A DNA stretch of 32,844 nt from Barthelona sp. PAP020 (lineage: Eukaryota), in contig JARQWU010000102.1 in NCBI GenBank assembly GCA_040182905.1, positions 1 through 32,844 of the forward strand, read 5' to 3'. A program made the translations under genes and the position numbers. Below the pieces are notes generated by a model. The model saw only the letters and a list, made by a program, of their open reading frames with translations. It searched no databases and was not told the DNA's origin. Position 1 is the stretch's first letter. The number at the start of each line of letters is the position of its first letter. Positions 16,828-27,464 of this stretch are shown piece by piece.

Positions 16828-18906
16828 TTAAAAAAGTTCAAAAACTTCATTCAAATATTTATGAATTTCAGGTAATCCATTTTCACAAGTATATTGGATA
16901 TAATACCCAATCTTTTTTGCCCTTTCAACATATTCATGAAGTGATTCATTTTCTCTTAATAACAAATCCTTCAAATTGATATCACACGTCGTCTTTATTT
17001 GTGTATTTAACAAGAAATTAATAATTGGAAGAACATCTCCAAAAAATTCATTGATAAGCCATTGCTTATATTCTTTAACAGTTTCTTCAACTTTATGTGG
17101 TAATTCATTATAGATTACGTTGTATAAATCGTTGTCTTTCAAGTTTTCACAATATTCACTAAAGTTCCCGATTGTGCTTCTCTTTTCACATTTGTAGACA
17201 TTTTCACCAAAGTCTAACTCTTCTTCAGGTTTATTTGGCATTTTAACTATTAAAATATTTGGTCTCGATGGATCACCTCTAAAACGAATAAGTTGATATG
17301 CTTCTGCTTCATGACACCACTCATTAAAATCTGTCATAAATTGATTTACACCATTTTTATATGATGTGTACCAATAATTCCCCCAATAACCAACAACTCT
17401 ATTTGTATAATATAAACAAGTAATATAATTGATAAGATTACCAGAAGGATGTCTTGAGCAAATGCTAGATTTTCTGTACCAAGTAATTCTGCCCTTGTTC
17501 ACTGTGTTTTTTAATTTTTTTGCTCTGAAAACATCTGGTTGCTTAAAAACTGGTGCAGGCAGATAATAATCAACAGAATGTCTTTTTTCATAATTGTGAT
17601 GTTGATGAGTCGTTCCACAGTGTCCAAAATTATTTTCTTCCCATTTACTCTTTAAAACCCGATCAAATGTTTCATACGTTACTTTTAAGCGATTATCGAG
17701 GTTGATCAAAAAATACTTGATTTTCTCAAAACAATAATCAATAACTCTTGAGCAGTCGATATTTTCAGATAAATTCATTAAAAATATAATTTTTTGTCTC
17801 AACATATGTTGCAGTCTATCAGAAATGTTCCCTGGACAAGATAAAGCATTTTTCACAGAAGTTAGAAATAATGGAATATGTGGGAATCTTAAAGTGTTGT
17901 CAAAAACATCAATAATGGTTCCTTCATTTAAAGTTGGAACTTTGAATAACATTCGTTTTCTGAAATCAAGCAAATTTTGCAAAGGTGCAAACCAAGTTAC
18001 ATCAGATTTAAAAGATTCAATCAATGCATACCGGCAATAGTATTCAACAGGAAATCCTCCATCAATAAGTAAGGGTTCCGAAATAAAAGATTCAATTAGA
18101 TTTGAACCAAAGTTTGTTCCCAAGTAGTTGTCAACCCCTCTAACATTTGCATCAATAATACTCAATTGCTTGCGAATTGCAGAAAATTCTTTTTCACACA
18201 ATTCTTTCAGTTGTCTAATATCTTGACGAATGGCCTTAAATGCCTGCATAATTTGTTTTATCATTTGTTGTTGAGAATTATTCCTTTTACCAAATAGTTT
18301 TATACCAGAAACTATCAAAGATAAAATATTACCTGTCATTAAAGAAGTTACAACTTCAATTGTATTTGTATCTTTGACACAATTAAATAATTTGTCTGCA
18401 AAATCAAAAGTGTTTCCAAGTTGTGGATAAACAAGGTCAGCAATAAAATGCAAGTCTTTATTGCTCAATAAACTTTCAGTATTCTTTGCATTGAAAAAAA
18501 GATAATTAAGGTTGTTCACTTGTTGATTGTTTTCAGTTATATTTGTTATGTGATTATTAACAATATTTGTTACCACTTCAGTTGCAACATTTTCTTTTAG
18601 TTGATTGTCTAAACTTTCGTACATTTTTTTGAACAAATTTTTTTTATTGTCATAATTCACAGTTGGATCAGCCAAATGTTTTAAAACTTGTTCGTTGGTC
18701 ATGTTCGGTAAATCTTTGTTGATTTGTTCATTATGAAGATAATCTCTTTCAATTTCAATAGCTCGAATGCCTTGGTCAAAATATGGTATTAAGGAAGCTA
18801 AATTTTTTGCATGTTCTACATTTGCATTAATTCTGTTGTCACTGATTCCTTTTTCTTTAAAATGTTCTTGCATTTGTTGCATATCATCAATAAGCATGAA
18901 ATCCAT
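16828..18906 (-). CDS. Unknown 692-aa protein with a hydrophobic hairpin plus coiled coil; candidate alpha-pore-forming toxin-like
   Basis: Long intronless ORF. IEVVTSLMTGNILSLIVSGIKLFG is followed directly by heptads QQMIKQIMQAFKAIRQDIRQLKELCEKEFSAIRKQL. The C-terminal part is rich in aromatics, His and Cys. No signal peptide seen. The CDS is solid, the function is tentative. Confidence 0.6.
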   Translation of the reverse strand: MDFMLIDDMQQMQEHFKEKGISDNRINANVEHAKNLASLIPYFDQGIRAIEIERDYLHNEQINKDLPNMTNEQVLKHLADPTVNYDNKKNLFKKMYESLDNQLKENVATEVVTNIVNNHITNITENNQQVNNLNYLFFNAKNTESLLSNKDLHFIADLVYPQLGNTFDFADKLFNCVKDTNTIEVVTSLMTGNILSLIVSGIKLFGKRNNSQQQMIKQIMQAFKAIRQDIRQLKELCEKEFSAIRKQLSIIDANVRGVDNYLGTNFGSNLIESFISEPLLIDGGFPVEYYCRYALIESFKSDVTWFAPLQNLLDFRKRMLFKVPTLNEGTIIDVFDNTLRFPHIPLFLTSVKNALSCPGNISDRLQHMLRQKIIFLMNLSENIDCSRVIDYCFEKIKYFLINLDNRLKVTYETFDRVLKSKWEENNFGHCGTTHQHHNYEKRHSVDYYLPAPVFKQPDVFRAKKLKNTVNKGRITWYRKSSICSRHPSGNLINYITCLYYTNRVVGYWGNYWYTSYKNGVNQFMTDFNEWCHEAEAYQLIRFRGDPSRPNILIVKMPNKPEEELDFGENVYKCEKRSTIGNFSEYCENLKDNDLYNVIYNELPHKVEETVKEYKQWLINEFFGDVLPIINFLLNTQIKTTCDINLKDLLLRENESLHEYVERAKKIGYYIQYTCENGLPEIHKYLNEVFELF

Positions 18907-19253
18907 GTTAAAAAAATAAAAAAATTAAAAGAAGCATTCAAAATAAATTTTTCTAGAATATCAATTGAGCTAGAAAAAGATTTTATTTTCGCAAAGTGAA
19001 AAAATATTATTTTTATGTTAATTTGATGCGTTATGATTATTAAGTAGTTTGAAGTTTTTGGAGAAAGAAGATTTGGAAGAGTTTGAGTCCAGGAAAAAAA
19101 GATAGCAAACCAAAGGGCTAAATTCAAGATTCTTGAAACGAGAATTTTTTTTTGCTTACATTATCTTTACGTTTGAATCATATATATATATATCTTATTT
19201 GAAAATGGTTGTAAAATCTATTCACTTTATTATTAATTTTCTTTTTTAATTTT

Positions 19254-19850
19254 ATGGGAATTCGATGGATAATATTTGATTGGGGTGGTGTTTTATGTGA
19301 AAATCCATCAATGCAATTGATTGAATACTGTTGTAAATACTACAATATTGAAAAGAATCTTCTTGTTGATGATTTTTGGACAAAGCAAATGAATAATTTT
19401 CAAAAAGGTTTACCAGAGAGGATTTTTTGGGAAAATATTTTAAAACATCATTGTATTGATGAAAATGAAATTAAATGTATTTGGGAAGATATTTTTGAAA
19501 AAGTATATGTAGAACGTTCCAAAGTTATAGAATCCATAACAAATTTAAAACAAAAAGGCTATTTGATTGGTTTATTATCAAATACTGAAATCCCTGCAAA
19601 GAATTTTCAATTAGAAAAGTTGAATTATAATTTTTTCGATTTTAGATTGTTTTCTTGTGATATAGGTTTGGTCAAACCAGATGCAGAAATATACAGAAAG
19701 TTTTGTGATCAGACTGGTTGTTCTTTTGAAGAGATATTGTTTATTGATGATAAATTGGAAAATATTGACATTGCCAAGCGATTAGGAATGCATGTTATTC
19801 ATTTTAGTGATGAAGATAGTTATTTCAGTGAGATGTCGAACTTTTTATGA
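19254..19850 (+). CDS. HAD-superfamily hydrolase (subfamily IA, YihX-like phosphatase)
   Basis: Motif I IIFDWGGVL, motif II LLSNT, motif III GLVKPDAEIY, motif IV LFIDDKLENI. Confidence 0.92.
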   Translation: MGIRWIIFDWGGVLCENPSMQLIEYCCKYYNIEKNLLVDDFWTKQMNNFQKGLPERIFWENILKHHCIDENEIKCIWEDIFEKVYVERSKVIESITNLKQKGYLIGLLSNTEIPAKNFQLEKLNYNFFDFRLFSCDIGLVKPDAEIYRKFCDQTGCSFEEILFIDDKLENIDIAKRLGMHVIHFSDEDSYFSEMSNFL

Positions 19851-20149
19851 AGAAAAAAATTGTCATGAAAGATGGATACATTTGCTGTTTAAACCCTTTC
19901 TTTTCCGACAAAGCCTTGTTTTTTTGGGATGAAATAACCGATGCAAATCGTTGAGGCGATATGTGGTAGCTTTTTTGAATTGATTCGCTAAACTTTATTA
20001 TTAGTGGTTGAATTGATGCGGAATGTGATTTTTCTTATCAACAATACACTTAAAAACTAAAATACATGTGTCAATCAAGCCAAAATTGCCACATCAATAT
20101 TAACACCAGCACTATATTCTTTGAATATTTTGGCAACTTAAGACCCTCT

Positions 20150-21100
20150 TCACAACAAGTGATATAAATGTGCTCTGTCATTGACACCACCCAAACTAAC
20201 TTTACCATCATGGTGCTTGTATTTCAACAATAAATTGCCAATTGTGGAATTAGCCCATCGGTTGTTAGGGTTGTCTAGTGTGGAGTTGATAAACTAAAGA
20301 TGCTTATCATTGTTTACACACAATTTGATAGGATAATCATAAAATAAAATCATGTTGGCAACATCATGATGACAAAATTCTCAACCTATGACAATATTCA
20401 CAACATGTCAAAAACGGTTATGCATCGATATTCTGACATAAACTATCTGCAGATCATTGTTTTAACGTAATAGCTTTTTTGCAATACAGATGTTATATTT
20501 GATGCCACACAAGTTCAATGAAATGACAATTCAACTTTTATCATTATGACATTGACAGCGTGATCTCCAATAGTTCTGTCTGCTCAATATTTCCATGTGT
20601 ACATGTGGCCAGGTCTCTGTTCAAATAACATCTGTTGACCAACATCTGATGATGAATTCTTCTAAAACAGTTCATAAATTTAAAGAACTCTTTTTTTTAA
20701 CCTCAAGCCATCATTTGGATGATAGCAAGAGATTTTCAAACCTTAAAGTTTCTCAGACAAAAGGTGCACACCTTAAAATAGTGTTATCCAAGGATTACTA
20801 CGGTTTCCAAATCATGTCTGTTTCTCCCTCTCGTACCTTGCGTGTGACTTACCAACACGCCTTGCTCATTGGAAACTTTGCAGAAACTCCAGATCTCCCT
20901 CACATAGAACAATATTTGCTTGTTAATTTTGATCGCCAAAAGAAAGAGAAAGCATCAAAACCAATTTTCGTTAAAGCATGGCTTCAATAGCAAACAAAGA
21001 AGCTTCAGAGAGACTAATATTTGTGCCAGATCAATACCATCAATTACATTTGAAAGTGATCCATAATTGTCTTTCCCTGAGATTTCGCTTAAAGAGAGGA
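20150..21100 (+). pseudogene. Degenerate coding remnant, possibly a Mutator/MULE-like transposase
   Basis: Stop- and frameshift-riddled fragments VIDTTQTNFTIMVLVF and SVCSIFPCVHVARSLF (SWIM-like PCxH), plus a 131-codon residual ORF. Confidence 0.25.
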
Positions 21101-21302
21101 AAATGTCACTGGTCAGTTATAACACACTTTTGGGAACGTTTGAGGTGAGTATCAAATTTTCACAATCTTTATGAACTCAAAAACTTTGGTTTTAACAAAG
21201 AAATTGTGTATATTGTATGTAAAAAAAAGTACAGGAATTTACAAAGTGATTAATAAGACAATAATTATTTTTGAGTTGAAAATTGCAAATTTTCATTCCT
21301 TT

Positions 21303-23280
21303 TTAAGCAATTTGAAAGTCTTTTACTTCATTAAGGATATCTAAAGCTTGATCCAGTAAAACTTTTTGACTAGTCAATTCTTTTCTTTTCTTTGCAACAA
21401 TAGGGTCTTGTTCCATTAATTTGTCAAACAATTCTTCCTTGTATAATTTTGAAATAAGTTCATTCTGTAATTTCTTCCTTGATGCATTGACTAAGAAATG
21501 CATTACCACTTTTGGCACTGTGTCATTGATCTTTTTACGAATTATATCGAAATAGCTTAATAATAACTTTTCAAAAAGTAACACAGCGTTTTCTTCACGA
21601 TCGGTTGAAGGTTTATTGGCTCTGAGACTCTTAGGCACACTATCAATGCTTTGATTATTCGAACTGGTGGAGAATAATGAGCTTTTTTCTTCAGTTTGCT
21701 CAATTTTGTTCAGTATCTCAGATGCTTGTACAAAATCTGGATGCGAAGTGTTAATATAAGCTAATTCAATATCAATCAGATCTTCGATCATTTGTTGAGT
21801 CGGAATCAATTGCTCCTTCAACAGATCATTTGTGGCCTTCAACAAAGCATCTTTCAGCTTATTGTAGTTTTCAACAGACTTTGGCACAGATGCTTGCATT
21901 ACCTTGGTCAGTTCTTTGTAAACCAATTCTGAACACTTCAATGAGGGTGTTTTCAAAATACTGATTTGATCTCTCGCTAATAATTCGAAAGCTGCTTCAG
22001 ACACAAAAATACCACTTGCTCTGACACCACCCGCGTTTCGAATAGCTGTTCTTATGTCATCTTTGGAAATTCGTTTTTCAGGATTCAAATCTTGTAGCTG
22101 CTTTTCCAAAATCACATGGAAAACGTAACTGATACGCGCACCTCCATACAATTCCTTGGTCGAAGCATTCGCAATCGTACCATCAATATAACTGTTATAC
22201 TCTGACGTGTACTCTGTTAACATGTGTAATATCATGGCACCGATGTTGGATTCGTCAATTGGTGACGGATACTGAGAAATCTGTTCACAGATCTCAGAAT
22301 GCAATTTCTTCACAGTTTCAAAGGTGGAAGGTAATGTACGATGAATGTGATGCATCAAAAAGAAGCTCAAGGTCTTAGCAAGAAATTTGCTTCCCATCTT
22401 ATGTGCAACAAGACCATAAATAGGATGGTTTTGGAAAAAGTCTTCTTCATTTTTCAAGGATGTGCTAATCATTACATTCTCATCAATTTGACTTTGAGAG
22501 CGATTAACAACACCAATAAAGCCTAATCGTAAGGGAACTACCTTACCTTTCAAGATATTCATTGCGTTAGTTCCTTTATCCATTAAATCGATCTTTGTAA
22601 TAACACCCAAGGTTCTTTTTCCTTCAACATCAACCTCTCTTGCAAGTTGCAATCCATCAGAGTTCGCAAGATCAGCATTTGCAGCAGATACAGCTAGTAT
22701 AATAGCGTTAGGATTTGAGATATACTCCAAACACATTTGTCGAAGTTGTCTTTCAATGTCTTTGGGCTGATCACCAACAGCAACTCTAGTTATACCTGGT
22801 AAATCAACTAAAGTTAAATTTAACACGTTTGGTGACCAAATTTTTAGATTGATAGGGTTCCTACTCACACTCTTTCCAGAACCAACTAATCGTATAGTTT
22901 CTCGGGTTATTTCTTCTCTGACATGATCAAAATTAAAAAAAAATTCGTTGGGTCGATGATGAAACACTGCCCATTCATTATAGCGATTATTATTGTCATC
23001 TACTTTATATTCGTCTTCATCAATATGATTTAATTGTAAAACTAAGGGTCTTCTAGTTACAATTCCAGAACCTCGGGGTAAGAAATCACGTCCTACAATA
23101 TTCTCTAAAACAGAAGATTTTCCAGAACTTTGTGACCCAATTACAACAATTTGAGGTAAATTAACTTGATTCTAATTAATGTTAGAAATAATAATAAATA
23201 ATATGAAGAAATACCATTTGAGCTCCAATAACAGAAAACACATCTTGTAATTTGTTAATAACTGGTATCAATTTTTCCAT
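21303..23280 (-). CDS. Dynamin-related GTPase (Drp1/Vps1 class), 644 aa; exons 23280-23215 and 23171-21303
   Basis: MEKLIPVINKLQDVF, a 43-bp intron at 23214-23172 (GTATTT...CTAAC...TAG), then LPQIVVIGSQSSGKSS, GIVTRRPL, DLPG, TKID, middle domain and GED. No PH or proline-rich domain. Confidence 0.96.
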
Positions 23281-23518
23281 TATGTATATTGATATAAAAT
23301 AATAAAGTTCAAATAATGAAATGTAGAAAATCCAAAAAAAATCTTTTTCCTCCATTGGTTTCCACCATTAATTTTTCTCTCTGTTTTAATTTTATTCAAT
23401 AAAGATTTCTAATGTTTTTAAATTTATAATACTTACAAATGATGAAATAATAATTAAAAAATAAAGAAGTTAAAAATAAAAAATACATAATTTATCACAA
23501 TAACCATTAATACCATTA

Positions 23519-24826
23519 TTATAATTGAAATTCATTTGATAATCTAAAGAGTTCAGATTCTATAATATCTAAAGGTTTGCCATTTTGTCCAATAAAGCAA
23601 ACAATTTTTTTATCATTCAAATTCAACAAAGGATACATGAAAGGAGCATTAAAAATAAAAGCTTTTTTATCTATTGTTTTTTTTAATGGAACCCAATCTT
23701 CGTTTCTATTCAAAAGGATAATTTTTTCAGAATCTTTTGTAAAAATTGCTTGTTCATTAATAATTGATTGAATTTCTTCTTTTTTATCCATATCCAAACC
23801 TTCAATAGTTGTTTCAATGATTTCATCATTGATTTCAAATGGGTTTAACAAAATCACATTATTCAAACCAGCAAAAAATGATAAAAACACTAAAATATTG
23901 TGCTCATCAACTTCAACATTCATTTTATACTTTTTATTGGCTATTTCCATAGAAAACAATTCAATATCACTCCTCTTATAATAAACTGAATGGGTCATCA
24001 CACCTTCATTATTTGTTGTTGAAATCCCTTTTTTTTTCTTTTTATCTTTATCCTTTTCTTTTGTTTCAACCTCAACAATTTTATTTTCCAATGCATAATC
24101 CCCATAACAATCCAGATAGATATGAGGAGTGTCCACATTGAAAGTTGATGTTATTGTTCCATAATAATCCTCAAAGTCCTCTTTGCTATCAATTAAACTC
24201 ACTATTTTATGAGAATCTCTCCATGCTTTCAATCTTTCAAAATTATCAATAGTTGGCTCTAATTCAAGATATACAGTGATTTGAATAGGAAAATTCGACG
24301 TTATAAGGTTGTTTAAAGGAAAGCAAATTCGAATCCTGTTTTCATCTGTGATTTGTCCACGAAGCCTTTTTGATATATACAAAGGATAATCAAGTAAACC
24401 ATATATATATTGGGTAATATATTTATCTTTGTCAAATAATTCAAAAATAAAATTATATAACCCTTCAATTTGGTCTTTTTGTTCATGTAAAAATTCATTG
24501 ATGGAATTAATTTTTTGTTCAAAATTTTCATCAATATAAATCGATTTGTATATGTTAATGGGTCCAATATTAAATTCATAATTGTCACGAAAAAGTTGAA
24601 TAAAGTACAGTTGATAATAGACTTCAAAATTCGATAAATAGAACTTCTTTAATTCAATAGCTTTTAATTTTGTATCAATTGGATTCAAAAAACTTTGAGC
24701 TAATGATACATATGGATTTTTGTCATTTGAGTTAAATATACAATCATCAATAGCATTCGACACAATGTTATTGATATCATGTTTTTCTAAATATTCTTTC
24801 ACTCTTTCAGTTCGTTCTTCAGTCAT
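23519..24826 (-). CDS. Dpy-30/RIIa-like N-terminal motif plus a highly degenerate enolase-like region (ENO4-like)
   Basis: First ATG is at 24826. N-terminus EYLEKHDINNIVSNAIDDCIF...NPYVSLAQSF. Lys-rich insert. VILLNPFEINDE resembles enolase SIEDPF, and terminal SELFRLSNEF resembles NQLLRIEEEL. Confidence 0.45.
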   Translation of the reverse strand: MTEERTERVKEYLEKHDINNIVSNAIDDCIFNSNDKNPYVSLAQSFLNPIDTKLKAIELKKFYLSNFEVYYQLYFIQLFRDNYEFNIGPINIYKSIYIDENFEQKINSINEFLHEQKDQIEGLYNFIFELFDKDKYITQYIYGLLDYPLYISKRLRGQITDENRIRICFPLNNLITSNFPIQITVYLELEPTIDNFERLKAWRDSHKIVSLIDSKEDFEDYYGTITSTFNVDTPHIYLDCYGDYALENKIVEVETKEKDKDKKKKKGISTTNNEGVMTHSVYYKRSDIELFSMEIANKKYKMNVEVDEHNILVFLSFFAGLNNVILLNPFEINDEIIETTIEGLDMDKKEEIQSIINEQAIFTKDSEKIILLNRNEDWVPLKKTIDKKAFIFNAPFMYPLLNLNDKKIVCFIGQNGKPLDIIESELFRLSNEFQL

Positions 24827-24983
24827 TGTGCGATGAGAGAAAAAAAAAATCCACTTGTTTGATATAATTTTGTTTATAACAACTAAGTATAGGTATTTGA
24901 AAAGGTTTTTATGAACTTCTTCAGACTTTACAAGAAATAAAAGGGTTGAAGCATATGAAAAAGAAAAAAGACTTAATTTACAT

Positions 24984-25736
24984 TTATTTATCATCGAAAT
25001 CGGAATTCCTTTCTGAAGCAATTGGAGAATTTATCATTGATCCCACATCCTGTTCATAACTGTATTGTTCCAATTTTTCAAACATATCAATTATATATTC
25101 ATCATCTGGATACATATGATCACCATGCAATTCTTTCAATTTGTTTAATTTTCTTCTGAATTTTTCAGATACATTTTTCGATTCTTCTTCAATGTCCAAA
25201 TATTCATCCAAAAAATCAACAAAGCGATCAAAACTTAAAGGATCACCATCCCTTTCACCAAATATCCAATGAAAATCTTGAAAATCTTCATCAGATACTT
25301 TAAATCCGGTTGATTCCAGTAAATCTCTCATCATTTGCATTTTATTAGGTCCTAATTGTTCATATAAATAACTCAAAGTATCCAAATCTTTACCTAATTG
25401 ATTTGTCATTAAATAGTCTTTAAATTCATCTAAATATCCAATATCTGAATTCAATCTGTGTCTAGAATATCCTCTCATTAATAGAGAAATTGAATTTATG
25501 TCAATATGATTATGTTTCACATTTCTTCCCAATAAAAATGGTAATAATGTATGATTTTTAAAATGTTGTGTTAATGTATCAATGGTTAAATGAGGTTTAC
25601 CATCAATGGTTTCCGCCATTTGACTCATGAAATTAAACGCAAGTTCGATTTCACGTTCATCAATATACTTTTCTTTTTTTTCTTTGTAACCTGGTGGTAA
25701 TATTGAAAAGTTATGAATTCTTTCGGGTGGTGCCAT
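24984..25736 (-). CDS. Degenerate EF-hand/calmodulin-like protein
   Basis: EIELAFNFM...LTIDTL and RDLLESTGFKVSDEDFQDFHWIFGERDGDPLSFDRFVDFL give helix-loop-helix patterns. Confidence 0.55.
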   Translation of the reverse strand: MAPPERIHNFSILPPGYKEKKEKYIDEREIELAFNFMSQMAETIDGKPHLTIDTLTQHFKNHTLLPFLLGRNVKHNHIDINSISLLMRGYSRHRLNSDIGYLDEFKDYLMTNQLGKDLDTLSYLYEQLGPNKMQMMRDLLESTGFKVSDEDFQDFHWIFGERDGDPLSFDRFVDFLDEYLDIEEESKNVSEKFRRKLNKLKELHGDHMYPDDEYIIDMFEKLEQYSYEQDVGSMINSPIASERNSDFDDK

Positions 25737-25760
25737 CAGTTTTAAAAGAAAAAAAAAATT

Positions 25761-26795
25761 TCAAATGCATTTATGTTTGGACAATTTGGGTGATGAGAAT
25801 TTCTGCTTTTTTTCCAATAAATTTAATGATTCTTTTGAAATAGAGATAAATGTGGATTTTAATTTGGAAAACTCAGCTTCAATCAAAAGTTTTTCAACAT
25901 TGAATATATTGTTGATATTTAATGAAGAAAAAATTACATTTTCATTAAACAACCATTTTAATGTTGAATTCAATTGTAAAGTTTCCAAAGTTTCAACAAA
26001 AAAAGAATGATCAATTAAACCATCTTCAAACTGATGTTTTTCCGATACAATTCCTCTGCTTGGTATTTTGCTTACTTTAAAACAAATAAGAAAAGCCATG
26101 CACAATGTATCCTTCAAGGGATAATTCAAAGTTTTCACAGCTTTGGTGTTGAACTCTTCTAAATGTTCAAAAGCTCTTTTAAAATCTTGAATTCGATACC
26201 AGTTTATACATAGACATAAATGAATACAATTTTCCAGTAAATTATCACTGCTTTCACTTTTATCAAGACCTAATGACTGTAGACATAATAATTCTAGGCT
26301 CTTTATCTCATGTTCACTTGTCAATTCCTCAAATGAAAGCGAAATAACTTTGATCATATCAATAATGTGGTTGGTTGGTCCTAATGATCCATCTACACTT
26401 TCTAGCATATATATAGAACGACTAAGCATTTGAAAAGCCAATAAATATTGACCAAAATCGAAAAATCGTCTTGAAAACGATTGAACTAATTGTCCTAAAG
26501 TATCAAAAGAAAATAACATTTGATCCTGCTCTCTACGGTATTCAATTTGTAATTGTTTGATCAAAATAATTATTGAATCAATTCTATTTTCAATCGCTTC
26601 TTTGGTTTCAACATTGCTGCAGTATTTACAATATATTTTTAACACCAACACATTCTCTGTATCTATATTAAAATAAGGTTCAATTTCTTTCAATTCTTCT
26701 TTGGATAATGTTGATAAAAATCTTTCAATTGTAATATCTAATCGAAATTGTTCATATTTGTTCAACAAATATTGAAATAATTGAATTTTGTTCAT
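25761..26795 (-). CDS. Divergent COP9 signalosome subunit 3-like (PCI family) helical protein
   Basis: DQMLFSFDTLGQLVQSF...AFQMLSRSI, QDFKRAFEHLE and FSKLKSTFISIS are collinear with recalled CSN3 segments (DTFAGLCHQL, KNFERAL, QRLTKTFLTLS). Confidence 0.5.
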   Translation of the reverse strand: MNKIQLFQYLLNKYEQFRLDITIERFLSTLSKEELKEIEPYFNIDTENVLVLKIYCKYCSNVETKEAIENRIDSIIILIKQLQIEYRREQDQMLFSFDTLGQLVQSFSRRFFDFGQYLLAFQMLSRSIYMLESVDGSLGPTNHIIDMIKVISLSFEELTSEHEIKSLELLCLQSLGLDKSESSDNLLENCIHLCLCINWYRIQDFKRAFEHLEEFNTKAVKTLNYPLKDTLCMAFLICFKVSKIPSRGIVSEKHQFEDGLIDHSFFVETLETLQLNSTLKWLFNENVIFSSLNINNIFNVEKLLIEAEFSKLKSTFISISKESLNLLEKKQKFSSPKLSKHKCI

Positions 26796-26994
26796 AACTT
26801 AAACATAATGAAATCTTTTTTGATTAAATGAAATAAACAGTGAATAAATCAATTTTTAATCTTGAAGTTTTATTTATGAACAATTGATCTTTGCATTATT
26901 AACAGATTGAAAGAATGATATTTGCCAACAATCAATAAAAGATAAACAAATTCTTTCCAAAAAACGATTGTTCATTTTTTCACTTTATTTTTTC

Positions 26995-27332
26995 ATGGGA
27001 CTTCCAAAATCGGAAAAATTTTTATTGAAACTAGCTTTTTTTATTTCAGCGTGGTCTTTTTGTGTGTTCGGTCATGCTTCCAAGTATATTTTAGAAAAAG
27101 CCCCAAAATGGGTATTCTTTGTCAAAGCTGTATTTTTTTAAAAATTTAATATGTTTTTCTAATGTTTTAGTGTCCTCTTTGGTTGGTTGTATCTTTTGGT
27201 TTTTATTCTTGTGCAAAAATCGGTTTTCATCTTATTAAATATCGTAGATGTCCTGAAGAGAGAGATTTATTACAAGAAGATATTGAAGAGGCAAAGAAAT
27301 TCTATGCTGATAAGGGTGTTGTTCTCAATTAA
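26995..27332 (+). CDS. DPM3: Dolichol-phosphate mannosyltransferase subunit 3, 98 aa; exons 26995-27129 and 27171-27332 (absent from the ORF track)
   Basis: Spliced product MGLPKSEKFLLKLAFFISAWSF...CPLWLVVSFGFYSCAKIGFHLIKYRRCPEERDLLQEDIEEAKKFYADKGV has two TM helices and the DPM3 C-terminus. The 41-bp GT-AG intron has CTAAT. Confidence 0.88.
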
Positions 27333-27464
27333 ATTGTATTAACTTATAAAACAATATTTTATTATTTCATTTTTTAATTACTTGCAATAAAGTGATGAGC
27401 CATCAGAAAGAGCTGTGCAAACAGGAAAAAAAAATTTTTCACTTCATTTTATTTAAATTTTCTC

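Noticed and set aside
24827..25021. N-terminal extension of the 500-aa track ORF overlapping the EF-hand gene
   Set aside because: It begins at a non-ATG codon and runs through UTR-like poly-T sequence. The ATG at 24826 directly precedes the docking motif.
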